This document shows, piece by piece, positions 39,846 to 50,480 of a stretch of DNA of 64,000 nucleotides. Within the stretch, counting starts at the first letter, position 1, and each line of letters opens with the position of its first letter. This DNA is from Gammaproteobacteria bacterium (GTDB lineage: Bacteria > Pseudomonadota > Gammaproteobacteria > GCA-001735895). A model generated the notes under the pieces. That model had not been told where the DNA came from and did no database searches. It saw only the letters and a program-made list of their open reading frames with translations. The position numbers and the translations under genes were made by a program. The stretch spans positions 32,001 through 96,000 of the forward strand of contig JBNKUM010000101.1 in the NCBI GenBank assembly GCA_050298595.1. The letters run 5' to 3'.

Positions 39846-40724
39846 TCAACGATAACACCAGTATTTAACCTGCTGTTTTTTGAGAAAGGTCTCTGCTTTT
39901 TTCCCCTGTAACATGGCAAGCGTTGATAAAATTCCTGCCTCGGTACAGGTGGCTGCGGCTACCGTTATTGAACGTGGGCCATTCATTACTGGCCATCCGG
40001 TTTTTGGATTCAGGATGTGGCTGTAGCGAATGCCACCTTTCTGGATATAGCGATAAACATCTCCACTGGTAGCCAGTGCACCGTGGTTGAGTTTAATAAT
40101 TCCGGCAGCGTCGCCGGGTTTTAGAGGATTTTCAATCCCGGTAATCCAGGGCTGATTATTTTTCATAGGGGCATTGGCATGACAGTCACCACCAAAATTG
40201 ATCATCATGCTATTGTCGGTTTTTGTCATTAATAACTGCAACACGCGGTCAACGGCGTATTCTTTAGCAATACCGCCAAAATCAATCTGCATGCCCTGGG
40301 GCAGGGTGATTTCAGTTTCTGAGAATTTAACTTTTTTCCAGCCGATATGCTGCAGAATTTTATCAATCTGAGATTGCCTGGGAATTTCATTTTCACCATT
40401 AAAGTTCCATAGTAGTCTGAGTACGCCTGAGGTGATATCAAACAGTCCCTCGCTCAGCTGGTAGCAATTATCAGCAAACTGTAGCAGGCGGTAGGTCTCT
40501 TCATCGATACTGACGGGCTTGCCGTTATTGTGATGGATGCGGTAGATAATATTATCCGTACGATATCGACTGAATTTCTGTTCGATACGTAAGGCTTCCT
40601 GTTCAGCCTGAGCGATTAACTCGCGTGCGAGTTTTTCATCGTCTGTTTCAATCAGTACTTCGCAGGGACTGGCCATGCATTGAAAACGGCCATACCAGAT
40701 ATGTTCGCGTTGCGTAACAATCAT
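39846..40724 (-). CDS. apbE: FAD:protein FMN transferase
   Basis: FDITSG, IDFGGIAKEYAVD, ALATSGD, HILNPKTG. Confidence 0.92.
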   Translation of the reverse strand: MIVTQREHIWYGRFQCMASPCEVLIETDDEKLARELIAQAEQEALRIEQKFSRYRTDNIIYRIHHNNGKPVSIDEETYRLLQFADNCYQLSEGLFDITSGVLRLLWNFNGENEIPRQSQIDKILQHIGWKKVKFSETEITLPQGMQIDFGGIAKEYAVDRVLQLLMTKTDNSMMINFGGDCHANAPMKNNQPWITGIENPLKPGDAAGIIKLNHGALATSGDVYRYIQKGGIRYSHILNPKTGWPVMNGPRSITVAAATCTEAGILSTLAMLQGKKAETFLKKQQVKYWCYR

Positions 40725-40751
40725 TGATCTATTAAGCGCCCACCTGGCGTG

Positions 40752-40928
40752 TTAAAACTTAAAGCTGTAGTTTACCTGAGCAATGACAGAGTTTACATCT
40801 GGAAACAGGTCCTGGACCGTGTTTCTGCTTAATTCACCCTGGCGATAGTCTGCACTGGCAAATTCTGGGGTAGGATTACTATAAGGAGCAGGTAGTAGCT
40901 GATAGTAATCCAGCTATCTTTTCGTCAT
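40752..40928 (-). pseudogene. DUF3570-like outer-membrane protein relic (large internal deletion)
   Basis: ATG abuts the upstream stop, then PEFASADYRQGEL and QDLFPDVNSVIAQVNYSFKF*; position between DUF4266 and apbE. Confidence 0.65.
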
Positions 40929-41151
40929 TTAATTGCATCCGCTACCTCCACCTGCAAAACCCTGACCGCCGCTGGACGCTTCTTTAGTGAAATAAAGGTG
41001 TTCGTCGTGAGCCAAGTCTATAGTATCAGCCTCCATCAACATGTCATCTTTTGATAGCTGCCCACGTTCTCAGGACTTAAGCATCCTTTGATGAACAACC
41101 TGTGCCTGTCACGATGCCTAACATAAGGCTGAATATAAGCAGAGGTTTCAA
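40929..41151 (-). pseudogene. DUF4266-like lipoprotein, frameshifted
   Basis: MKPLLIFSLMLGIVTGTGC..; KS*ERGQL...DEHLYFTKEASSGGQGFAGGGSGCN*. Confidence 0.75.
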
Positions 41152-41591
41152 AATAGTTCCTTAATTTCTGTTTCATATTCGGATACTTTTTTTTCATAGA
41201 AACCGATATGTTTCCTGGTGACCTTACCTTCTTTATTAATCAGGTAAGAGGTGGGCATACCTTCCAGTTCAAATTTTGCTGCAAGCTGGCCGTTGGGGTC
41301 GTGGAAGATATCAAAATCAGCGGGGACTTTTTTCAGGAAGTCATGCATATCTTTGCTTTGCTCATCAACATTTATAGTGACCACCTGGAACTTGTCGGCT
41401 GGAAATTTCTTTTGTAGTTGATTCATCCACGGAAAGGATTTCTGGCATGGCTTGCACCAGGAGGCCCAGAAGTCGAGGTAGAGCACCTTTCCCTGGTATT
41501 GATCCAGTTTGAAATCCTTGATGTCATAGACCTCTGCCTGAACAGAAGGAATAATCAGTGCCAATAGAAAAATCAGTTTTTTCATAATCAT
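41148..41591 (-). CDS. TlpA-family thiol-disulfide oxidoreductase
   Basis: LDFWASWCKPC, GMPTSYLI. Confidence 0.9.
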   Translation of the reverse strand: MIMKKLIFLLALIIPSVQAEVYDIKDFKLDQYQGKVLYLDFWASWCKPCQKSFPWMNQLQKKFPADKFQVVTINVDEQSKDMHDFLKKVPADFDIFHDPNGQLAAKFELEGMPTSYLINKEGKVTRKHIGFYEKKVSEYETEIKELF

Positions 41592-41646
41592 TATGCCTTG
41601 GTGAATTAATGATCTTGATCGTACTTTAGTATTTGTTAATCCAACG

Positions 41647-42921
41647 TTAACAGGAGGTGAAGTTGACTGAGGCCTGGGTGCCTCCTGTGGGGTTTTGTGA
41701 CAAACTTAACACCCAGCCCTGATGATCGCAGATTAATTTTGAAACATACAGGCCTATACCGTAGCCCTGGCTGCTATGTCCTCGATAGGCGAAATCAAAG
41801 ATATGTTCCAGTTCGTCCTGGCTAATACCAAATCCGCTATCAATAATCGATAGTTTTTTATCTTCCATCTCAATCCTGATCTCGCTATCAGCCCCATGTT
41901 TTAGCGCATTTTTAATCAGGTTGGTGCAGACCACGGTGGCCAGTGTTTTATCGGCTTTGACGATGTGGGTTTCTAGTAATGTATTTTTAATGTTGATCTT
42001 TTTCGAATGAATATCGCTTTGAAGCATGTTCAAAATATCATCTATCACGAAGCACAGTTTGAGAGGCCTGGTTTCCCTGGATGGATTTTGATCGCGCGTC
42101 ACCTGTAATAACGCATCTATCATTTCGACCATACCACGTGTGGCACGCTGAATTTTTTTTACCTGTGTGCGTGTAGCATCATCATTATGCTGGCAGTCTA
42201 TTAATTCTGTCGAGGTCTGGATAATAGTCATAGGTGAACGCAATTCATGACTTGCCATCGCTGCGAAAGCGATTTGTTTTTCGACGTAGTCATCCATACG
42301 CTTCAGGTACACATCAAATGCCTGTGCAATCTTGCCAACTTCATCTTTTTCATAGTGTTTACTGAGTTGAACACCGCGCTGATCAGGCACCAGATGGGAG
42401 ACTTCTTCACTTAACCTGCTAATGGGGTCGGCCAACTTTCGACTTATTAGATGGGACAGAACAACTACCATGAAGATGAGGACGATCCAGGCAATGATCA
42501 ATATATTAGTCAGTAGCTCTTCGGATTTTTCCAGTTGCGTAATGTCATATTTGATATAAATGACATCTCCATCAAAAGGCTGTACCTGAATATGATATGA
42601 GTTGTCATCCATTTCGATATCGTGATGTATCCCCTGGGGGATTTTACGGAGAAATTCAGGGATAGGGGTAATGGATGCTCGACTCTCAAGGTACATGGTC
42701 ATGCTAGCAGTTTGTGGTAACTCTGCCTGCGGGTTGATTTTTATAATACTGCGAATATTTTCTATCTCAGTACCGATCTGTTTTTCCAGCAGATCATATT
42801 CGAGTTCCTTGTTGGAATAGTGCACTACTATCGTCAGCAGCGTGAGGAAACTGATGGACGCGAGCGAAATACTCAGCAGTAACTTTTTAAACAGTGAGGT
42901 TTCACTGGTGAATATACTCAA
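41647..42921 (-). CDS. HAMP sensor histidine kinase
   Basis: ASHELRSP H-box, NLIKNA, DSGFG, GYGIGL. Confidence 0.92.
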   Translation of the reverse strand: MSIFTSETSLFKKLLLSISLASISFLTLLTIVVHYSNKELEYDLLEKQIGTEIENIRSIIKINPQAELPQTASMTMYLESRASITPIPEFLRKIPQGIHHDIEMDDNSYHIQVQPFDGDVIYIKYDITQLEKSEELLTNILIIAWIVLIFMVVVLSHLISRKLADPISRLSEEVSHLVPDQRGVQLSKHYEKDEVGKIAQAFDVYLKRMDDYVEKQIAFAAMASHELRSPMTIIQTSTELIDCQHNDDATRTQVKKIQRATRGMVEMIDALLQVTRDQNPSRETRPLKLCFVIDDILNMLQSDIHSKKINIKNTLLETHIVKADKTLATVVCTNLIKNALKHGADSEIRIEMEDKKLSIIDSGFGISQDELEHIFDFAYRGHSSQGYGIGLYVSKLICDHQGWVLSLSQNPTGGTQASVNFTSC

Positions 42922-43598
42922 GATGCTGTTTCCGCATAGATACGATATCCTACACCGTGTACGGTATGGATTAATCGCTGAGCAAAAGGCTGGTCTACCA
43001 GCTGGCGTAGATGATGGATATGTACGCGTAGAGGATCCCCCTCTGGTGTGTCATCATGCCAGAGGTAGTCGAGCAATTCCTGCCGGGAAACTACCCGGTC
43101 ATGATGTTTCATTAGATATTCGAGGATTGCAAAGGCTTTTGGTTTCAGGCTGATTGTCGTATCGCCCCGATGTACTTCACGGGTTTTGAGGTCGAGATTC
43201 AGGTCTTCGATTTGATAATATGTGTCAGCGCTTACCTGATGGCGTCGAGTAAGGGCGTTTACCCGGACTTCAAGCTCACGTAATGAAAAAGGCTTGACCA
43301 GATAATCGTCAGCACCCGCCTCGAAGCCTTCTACCTTATTCTCTACCGTATCTCTGGCGGTCAGCATTAAAATGGGCGTGTAGGTTTGTTTCGAGGATTT
43401 GAATTCACGACATACGCTGATGCCATCTTTGCCGGGAAGCATAAGATCCAGAATGATGAGGTCGAATGTATTTTCAAGCGCGAGCTTAAGCCCCAGATTA
43501 CCATTGTAGGCAAAGTCAAGCTGATGGCCTTTCTGTTCAAAGTACAGGCCTATATTGGATGCAATATCAGCATCATCTTCAATGACAAGAATTTTCAT
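42918..43598 (-). CDS. OmpR-family response regulator
   Basis: ILDLMLPG, GADDYLVKPF, IHTVHGVGY. Confidence 0.94.
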   Translation of the reverse strand: MKILVIEDDADIASNIGLYFEQKGHQLDFAYNGNLGLKLALENTFDLIILDLMLPGKDGISVCREFKSSKQTYTPILMLTARDTVENKVEGFEAGADDYLVKPFSLRELEVRVNALTRRHQVSADTYYQIEDLNLDLKTREVHRGDTTISLKPKAFAILEYLMKHHDRVVSRQELLDYLWHDDTPEGDPLRVHIHHLRQLVDQPFAQRLIHTVHGVGYRIYAETAS

Positions 43599-43687
43599 AA
43601 GCTAAATATAGTGAAATCATTGTAAATTATTTGTTAAAAAAAGGAATTCGTTATCAGAAGGCCCTATATACAGCCAGGCTAAGCAGT

Positions 43688-43786
43688 TTATTTCCGGTCA
43701 AACTGCTGGAAATACCAGTCCAGAGTTTTATGGATAGCTTCCTCGAAGCTATGTTGTGGTAGCCATCCCAGTTGTATAGGGCTGTT
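43688..43786 (-). pseudogene. C-terminal relic of an NAD-dependent epimerase/dehydratase (RmlB-like)
   Basis: NSPIQLGWLPQHSFEEAIHKTLDWYFQQFDRK*, matching LGW.P..SFEEG...T..WY. Confidence 0.65.
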
Positions 43787-46051
43787 CTATTTCTGAATCA
43801 TAATAGTCGGCTGTTCCCCGGATTTTGCGACTATCTGACCGATAATAGCCGCGTCCTGATAACCCAGGCTATGCAGTTGCTGTAAACAGTTATCAGCTTG
43901 TTGGGTGGGTATTCCGGCTAATAGCCCACCCGCAGTTTGTGGGTCAAAAAGTAGCGGGTAGCGGGGGTGCTGCGCATACTGTTCAAAATTTTGGATAGCT
44001 CGTCGAAGACGCAGATTTTGCGGTTGCAGGGAGGATACAATCCCACTATCAACGCATTGCTGAGCGCCATCCAGTAGCGGGAGTTCGTCCAGTATAATCT
44101 CTGCATCAACATTTGATGCTGTCATCATCTCGAACAAATGCCCTATCAATCCAAATCCGGTCAGGTCGGTACAGGCGGATACGGAATGATTTTGCAGGCA
44201 ATGTGATGCAGCCTGGCTTGAGACCAGCATGGATTGAATCGCTGCATCAATCCAGCGGCCTTTGGCTTTGGCTTGCATTTCTGCTGCAAACAGAGTGCCT
44301 GTGCCAATGGCTTTGGTCAGGATGATTTTATCACCAGCCTGTAAACCCTGTTTCTTCATCACCATTGCGGGGTCGATGAGTCCATTTACTGTTAAGCCAA
44401 AGGCGAGTTCGATGCCTTCACTGGAGTGGCCACCAGCCAGTACCGCCCCGCCAGGCTGTAGCATCGATATCGCACCAGACAACAGGTCGAACAGGTTTTC
44501 CTCAACGATTTTTTCACTGGCGAAAGGTACCGTAGCAATGGCCAGTGCAGACTGGGGTTCGGCTCCCATCGCATACAGATCACCTAGCGCATGATTGGCG
44601 GCGATGGCTCCAAAGGTGAAGCTGTCATTAATAAAGGCACGAAAGTAATCCACGCTTTGTACCATGGCCATGCTAGCAGGTACTGTGAACATGGCGCAGT
44701 CGTCAGGTTTTTCTCGCCCTATCAGGACATCTGCACGTGACTCAATGGGTAGGCGCTGCATCACGCGGGATAAAACAGTAGATCCAACCTTCGCACCACA
44801 GCCACCACAGCGCATTGCTTGAGTGCTCAGGATCTTCATCGTCTCTGCATCGGCAATACCGGCTGCCAGCCTGGGCTGATGATCGATCGTCATTTCGGGT
44901 AACTGATTAAATTTCTGCATAAATCTGCGATCAATCCAGTCTTTAACGCCCCATAACCAGGCCGATTCATAAGACCAGTTACCACGCGATGCAACGGCGT
45001 ATTGGTCTCCAGTGCTAATCAGGCCAAGAAAATGCCTTTGAGCACGATAGGCGCGTAAGGGTTTTAGCGTGGCTGCTGCGCGTAAGTTATCAGCTAGCAC
45101 TGGACCCTGTCGAACCGCAAACACACCGGATTTTGGCCTGGGGTTGGGTAATGATGCGACATCGCCGGCTGCAAATATATCCAGGTGTGAAGTGGATTGC
45201 AGCGTTTCATGCACACGGATAAATCCTTTTGCATCGACCGCCAGACCGGCTTGACCCGGCCAGTCGGCAGTAGAAGCACTGGTGGCCCAGATGACTACAT
45301 CGGCAGCATAGCTGGAACCATCACTGGTTATTACCTCGTCGGCCTTCACTGCGCTGACCTGCCTGGAGCAGTGCAGGGTGATATTGCGCTGTTTGAGTAT
45401 GCGCACAAAACGTCTTATCACGCCTTCATTATGCTGGTGCATGATAGTGTCACTGGCACTTAGCAGGGTGTAGTGCAATAGCTCTGGATTTTTACCGGCT
45501 TGCTTTAAGGTGTTTTGCAGGCGCAGTTGGGTTGAAAGCGCAAGCTCTATACCTCCAGCACCACCACCAACCACAACGATACGCATGGCCTGGGTTGAAT
45601 CCTGTACACGCTGAATAAGGGCATTCCATTGATCTAGAAAGCGATCGATCGGTTTGGCAGAGATAGCAAATTGATCGACACCTGGGATATTGGCGCTGTC
45701 CGGGCGTGATCCGGTATTAATCGAGAGCAGGTCATAACGGATAGGTGGGCGCCCTTCAACATGAATCAGTTTGTTTTCTACATCCAGCTGATTGACGCTG
45801 GCATGATAGAGGCGGGCATTAGCGAATCTGGCGAGCTTGCCAAGGTCTATATGGCAGTCATCGTAGTTATAGAATCCGGCTATGTAACCGGGAAGCATAC
45901 CCGAATAGGGTGTGTGAATATCACGAGTTACAAGCGTGATACGCAGGCCGGGCAGAGGGTTCATGGCAAAACGTTTTAGCACGGTAACATGTGCATGTCC
46001 ACCACCGACCAATACCAGATCCTTGACTACGGGTGCCTGTGTTGTCTGCAT
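43787..46051 (-). CDS. selD: FAD-dependent oxidoreductase-selenide,water dikinase fusion
   Basis: N-terminal LVGGGHAH and VVGGGAGG; C-terminal MRCGGCGAKV, QSVDYF, DLYAMG, GGHS, DPQTAGGLL. Confidence 0.92.
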   Translation of the reverse strand: MQTTQAPVVKDLVLVGGGHAHVTVLKRFAMNPLPGLRITLVTRDIHTPYSGMLPGYIAGFYNYDDCHIDLGKLARFANARLYHASVNQLDVENKLIHVEGRPPIRYDLLSINTGSRPDSANIPGVDQFAISAKPIDRFLDQWNALIQRVQDSTQAMRIVVVGGGAGGIELALSTQLRLQNTLKQAGKNPELLHYTLLSASDTIMHQHNEGVIRRFVRILKQRNITLHCSRQVSAVKADEVITSDGSSYAADVVIWATSASTADWPGQAGLAVDAKGFIRVHETLQSTSHLDIFAAGDVASLPNPRPKSGVFAVRQGPVLADNLRAAATLKPLRAYRAQRHFLGLISTGDQYAVASRGNWSYESAWLWGVKDWIDRRFMQKFNQLPEMTIDHQPRLAAGIADAETMKILSTQAMRCGGCGAKVGSTVLSRVMQRLPIESRADVLIGREKPDDCAMFTVPASMAMVQSVDYFRAFINDSFTFGAIAANHALGDLYAMGAEPQSALAIATVPFASEKIVEENLFDLLSGAISMLQPGGAVLAGGHSSEGIELAFGLTVNGLIDPAMVMKKQGLQAGDKIILTKAIGTGTLFAAEMQAKAKGRWIDAAIQSMLVSSQAASHCLQNHSVSACTDLTGFGLIGHLFEMMTASNVDAEIILDELPLLDGAQQCVDSGIVSSLQPQNLRLRRAIQNFEQYAQHPRYPLLFDPQTAGGLLAGIPTQQADNCLQQLHSLGYQDAAIIGQIVAKSGEQPTIMIQK

Positions 46052-46290
46052 AAAGTTTTAAAACCGAGGAGATTACGTGATTGTTTCAGTATGAATAGTA
46101 ATTCGACGCAAGCATAAACTAATGTAATGAGCAGGAATAGCTTTGTAATCGGGTTGGGGGTATTAACAAGTTCTGAGAATAAGAGTAGATTGTGCCCTTT
46201 TTTTGCAGCAGACTCCCAGCTTTAGAACAGTTTTCTTATCCACAGGAAATTGTGCTACAGCCGGACTACGCTCTTTAGCTCGGATTAAAG

Positions 46291-48009
46291 ATGTTTTCAG
46301 CAGTAACCAAATCGATACAGAATCGACACTCATACGCAGATATTCAGGCGGATATTCTTGCAGGCCTAACCGTTGGTGTTATCGCGCTACCCCTGTCCAT
46401 GGCGCTGGCAATTGCTAGTGGTGTATCGCCAGAGCGGGGTCTGTATACCGCAATTGTCGCTGGAATTATTATTGCTATTTCAGGCGGTTCAAAAGTCAAT
46501 ATTTCTGGGCCTACTGCAGCTTTTGTAGTGGTTCTGTTGCCTATTGTTCAACAGTTTGGTGTAGGCGGATTACTACTCAGTGGTTTCATGGCAGGCTTTA
46601 TTTTACTCGCGATGGGTGTAGGTAAGCTGGGTAAATTAATTGAGGTTGTGCCTTATCCGGTAACTATTGGTTTTACTTCAGGCATTGGTGTGGTGATCGC
46701 TACCTTTCAAATTAAGGATTTCCTCGGTCTTAGTGTAGAGGCTATGGAAGGTCATTATGTGCATAAGCTGTTTGCGATTATTAAGGCGTTTCCATCTATT
46801 CAGTTGAGTGAAGTTTTTATAGGTGGGCTGACGCTGGCGGTGCTGGTGCTATGGCCAAAATTTCGATCCAGGATTCCTGGTCACCTGGTCGCATTGCTAT
46901 TGAGTTCAGTGGTGGCCGGGTTAGCGCATCAAATATCTTCCGATTTTTCTGTAGCGACCATCGGAAGTCGCTTTCAATTTGATATTAACGGCATTACTGG
47001 CAATGGCATTCCGCCCATCATGCCGAATTTTGACTGGCCATGGAATTTGCCTGCAGCGAATGGAGAAGCTATTGGTCTTAGCTGGGATCTGATTAATGAT
47101 TTATTACCCAGCGCCATAGCGATAGCCATTTTAGGGTCACTGGAATCGCTTTTATGTGCGGTGATTGCTGATGGTATGTCGGGTAAAAAACATAATCCCA
47201 ATGATGAGTTAATCGGGCAGGGTATCGGTAACGTGATTGCTCCTTTGTTTGGCGGCATCCCCGCTACTGCTGCAATCGCTCGAACTGCTGCCAGTATAAA
47301 GGCAGGGAGTCGTTCCCCTCTGGCCTCGGTCGTACATGGGATTTTTATTCTGGCAGCTATCTTTGTGCTGGCGCCTTTATTGTCTTATATCCCTATGGCT
47401 TCGATGGCAGCACTGTTGTTGATGGTTGCATGGAATATGAGTGAAGCCAGGCATTTTGTTCGTACCATTAAGGTGGCGCCAAGAGATGACGTTGTGGTGC
47501 TGATTCTTTGTTTTCTGCTTACTGTGTTCTTCGATATGACGATTGCGGTGGGTGTGGGCATGAGTCTGGCAGCAATTCTGTTTATCAGGAAAAGTATTTC
47601 ATTAAGCACGACGACCAAAGTTGAACATGCGCATGAAGACTATGGTGATTTATCAAACAAGATCACTATCTATGATATCAATGGCTCGCTGTTTTTTGGC
47701 TCGGCACAAAAAGCGCTGCAGAATATTACTAATATTACGCCTGAAGTCAGGGTTATTATTCTTGATATGACTGAAGTGAATATGATCGATATGAGTGCGA
47801 TTGTGGCCATGGAAACCATTATTAAAAATCTGGGTGTTGCCAATGTAGGTTTGATTATAAACAACCTTGAACCCAGAATGATTTTAAAACTTAGAAGAGC
47901 AGGGCTTCGAAAGACGGCAGGGAAGCTTGAGTTTTCGCGTTCTATGAGTGATAGCCTGATAAAAGCTGAAACCATGCTTGAGCATCAGTTCTCAACAACG
48001 CTGCCTTAA
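46291..48009 (+). CDS. dauA: SulP-family C4-dicarboxylate transporter with STAS domain
   Basis: ALPLSMALAIASGV, SGPTAAF, ESLLCAV, GSLFFG. Confidence 0.85.
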   Translation: MFSAVTKSIQNRHSYADIQADILAGLTVGVIALPLSMALAIASGVSPERGLYTAIVAGIIIAISGGSKVNISGPTAAFVVVLLPIVQQFGVGGLLLSGFMAGFILLAMGVGKLGKLIEVVPYPVTIGFTSGIGVVIATFQIKDFLGLSVEAMEGHYVHKLFAIIKAFPSIQLSEVFIGGLTLAVLVLWPKFRSRIPGHLVALLLSSVVAGLAHQISSDFSVATIGSRFQFDINGITGNGIPPIMPNFDWPWNLPAANGEAIGLSWDLINDLLPSAIAIAILGSLESLLCAVIADGMSGKKHNPNDELIGQGIGNVIAPLFGGIPATAAIARTAASIKAGSRSPLASVVHGIFILAAIFVLAPLLSYIPMASMAALLLMVAWNMSEARHFVRTIKVAPRDDVVVLILCFLLTVFFDMTIAVGVGMSLAAILFIRKSISLSTTTKVEHAHEDYGDLSNKITIYDINGSLFFGSAQKALQNITNITPEVRVIILDMTEVNMIDMSAIVAMETIIKNLGVANVGLIINNLEPRMILKLRRAGLRKTAGKLEFSRSMSDSLIKAETMLEHQFSTTLP

Positions 48010-48035
48010 AGTCCAGGTAGAATTGGCTCGAATAA

Positions 48036-48119
48036 ATTGCATAAGTTCGGATGACATCTGGCAGTTTCAGAAAGTAGTTCTGATCAGTCTGAAAGCAGAC
48101 ATTCGTTTGTGCGGTGCAA
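48036..48119. repeat. Inverted copy of the 36505-36589 repeat
   Basis: ATTGCATAAGTTCGGATGACATCTGGCAGTTTCAGAAAGTAGTTCTGATCAGTCTGAAAGCAGACATTCGTTTGTGCGGTGCAA. Confidence 0.85.
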
Positions 48120-48466
48120 TAGGCAAGAATGTGAACCAAAAGCGGTCATTGATTAATTTACCTATGAATGAGAATATAATACAACATAAGTCAATATTTG
48201 TGCGTGTCACATAGTCAAGCTGTTATCACAAAATAAAAGGTAAATATGGATCCAAGAATTGAAGAATTGAAATCAAAGGAATTGATAGGGATGCGGATAG
48301 AAATGTCGCTTGCAAATAATAAAACTTCAGATTTTCAAGAGCCTAAAAGACTCAAACTATTCCTGATCTAGATAATGAGTTTATTGAAATTTATCGGCTT
48401 ACTTAGTCGGGAATGCTGTTTTATTAGAAAACAGGCTTCATTGTAATTTATATAATTGATATTGTA

Positions 48467-49798
48467 ATGGATTTACAGATCCCCCAAACTACTTTTACAG
48501 CTCAGGAGTACATCTTCAAAGATGGAGATCCTGGTGAGTGTGCTTACATCATTGAGTCCGGTATGGTGGAGGTGCTGCTTGAGCGTGACGGAGACGAGCT
48601 GGTTATTGCGACCTTGAGTAAAGGTGACATTCTTGGTGAAATATCCCTTATTGATCGGCTACCTAGAACCAGCTCGGCACGAGCAATCGTAAATACTGAG
48701 GTTACCGAAATCCCCTTCGATTACTTAAGCCGGAAAATTGAACAGACGGATCCTACCATTAGAATGTTCCTACGCCATGTCATGGCACGATATCGTGATT
48801 TGAATACCCGGCTAGAAACAGTTACCGCCAGTTTAGCTTCTACTACTGACAAGGGGCCGTTAGAAGAGTACACCTCAACGACGATGGAACTTAAGAATGT
48901 GACAACGCTGTACACTGATCTACAAAATCGTATCGATTCCGCTGTCATAAGACCTTTACCTTTAGATAGCAGGTCGGCAGTCAGTGAAGTTACAATGGAA
49001 TTTGCCAAAGTGATGGTAAGCGAGGAAAAACTATTAAGGACGGCCGTGGAAAATAAGGAGTTCGTGCTGCACTATCAGCCGATAATCGAACTGACGGGAA
49101 AAAAAATAGTCGGCTGCGAAGCCCTGATACGCTGGAACCATCCCTCTGGAGAATTAGTGCTACCCTCACTCTTTATGAGCCAGATAGAAAAAAATAATTT
49201 GATTGTTGACCTGGGATACTGGATAGCAGAGCAGGCATGTCGATTTCAAAATAGTATTTTCGAGCAGTTTCGGTACAATTTTTTTGTCGCCATAAACCTT
49301 TCCGGAAAACAATTTGATGATCAAATGCTGATTCCGAAGCTTACTGATATCATGGAAAGAACTGGTGCCAGGCGTAATCGAATCGAGTTTGAGATAACGG
49401 AAAGTACATTGTTAGATAACCCTGAGTATATTTCAAGAGCGTTACATGAGTTGAAGGAATCTGGTGCTGGTCTCGCGATAGATGACTTTGGTACAGGGTA
49501 TTCTAGTTTCAGTAATCTACATAAACTCCCGTTTGATAAACTTAAAATAGACCGTGCATTTGTAAGCTCCATGACACTTGGAAGCAAAAGTATACAGATA
49601 GTCAAGTCTATGATTAATATGTCTCGCGATCTGGGGATGAGTGTGGTTGCTGAAGGCATTGAGCTTAGAAGTGAAGTTGATATCTTACGTGAATACCAGG
49701 CAACCTACGGACAGGGGTTCTACTTTTCCAGACCTATTAGTGAAGCAAATTTTGTTAAACTCCTACAACCTCAGCCAGCTGTGCACTCCAAGGTTTAA
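48467..49798 (+). CDS. cNMP-binding + EAL domain phosphodiesterase
   Basis: GEISLIDRLPRTSSA cNMP motif; EALIRW, DDFGTGYSS, VVAEG. Confidence 0.9.
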   Translation: MDLQIPQTTFTAQEYIFKDGDPGECAYIIESGMVEVLLERDGDELVIATLSKGDILGEISLIDRLPRTSSARAIVNTEVTEIPFDYLSRKIEQTDPTIRMFLRHVMARYRDLNTRLETVTASLASTTDKGPLEEYTSTTMELKNVTTLYTDLQNRIDSAVIRPLPLDSRSAVSEVTMEFAKVMVSEEKLLRTAVENKEFVLHYQPIIELTGKKIVGCEALIRWNHPSGELVLPSLFMSQIEKNNLIVDLGYWIAEQACRFQNSIFEQFRYNFFVAINLSGKQFDDQMLIPKLTDIMERTGARRNRIEFEITESTLLDNPEYISRALHELKESGAGLAIDDFGTGYSSFSNLHKLPFDKLKIDRAFVSSMTLGSKSIQIVKSMINMSRDLGMSVVAEGIELRSEVDILREYQATYGQGFYFSRPISEANFVKLLQPQPAVHSKV

Positions 49799-49800
49799 TC

Positions 49801-49873
49801 TAACTACGAAGCACACGATGGGCATAAAGATTAATGGTTTTTTTCTACGTGTTCTCTATGTCCTTCGTGGTTA
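49801..49873. repeat. Imperfect palindromic element
   Basis: TAACTACGAAGCACACGA ... TGTCCTTCGTGGTTA arms. Confidence 0.5.
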
Positions 49874-49930
49874 ATTTCTTTTAGCGATATACAACAGCTG
49901 TATCTATTGAAAACTAAACTCTCGCTTTTT

Positions 49931-50480
49931 TCATATTATGTAGGTTGCAGGTGTCACAATCATAGATAATAAAGGTGCCGTAATCATACCGCCTATCATG
50001 GGAGCAGTTATTCTCTGTATCACTTCTGATCCTGTGTCCATGCCGAACATAATAGGCAGCAGACCGGCAGCAATGACACTAACCTTCATAGCTTTAGGTC
50101 TTACCCGTAATATTGCGCATAATGCCAGCAATGAGATCGTCTTTGTTCTCTAGTTGATTATTTACGCGACGTTGTACTAAGGCTTAATCCAGGTAAATAA
50201 GCATGATAATACCAAATTCAGCTGCGACATCTGTCAGGGCTATAAAGCCGACCATGACCGCAACAGAGAGTTTGAAATTGACAATAATCAGTAGCCAGAG
50301 CCCACTTGCTAGAGCTAATAGAAGCGACAGAAATACCAGCATAGCAGCGCTGATTCGATAGAAGATCTGATATAGCAGAATAAAGATAATAGCTATGATG
50401 ACGAAAAACATAACAGTCATCAGGCAATCCGCTAACCTATGCCTTCTGTGACACCTTATTTCCCAGTCGGAATAATTCAT
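49931..50480 (-). pseudogene. cusA: CusA/CzcA heavy-metal RND pump, C-terminal relic
   Basis: LSVAVMVGFIAL..VAAEFGIIML.YL and LRVRPKAM....AGLLPIM....[16 protein letters not shown] in separate frames. Confidence 0.85.

Noticed and set aside
43655-43788. Structured ncRNA or SECIS-like element after selD
   Set aside because: The hairpins are imperfect and the sequence is better explained as an epimerase coding relic; this SelD has Cys, not an in-frame TGA
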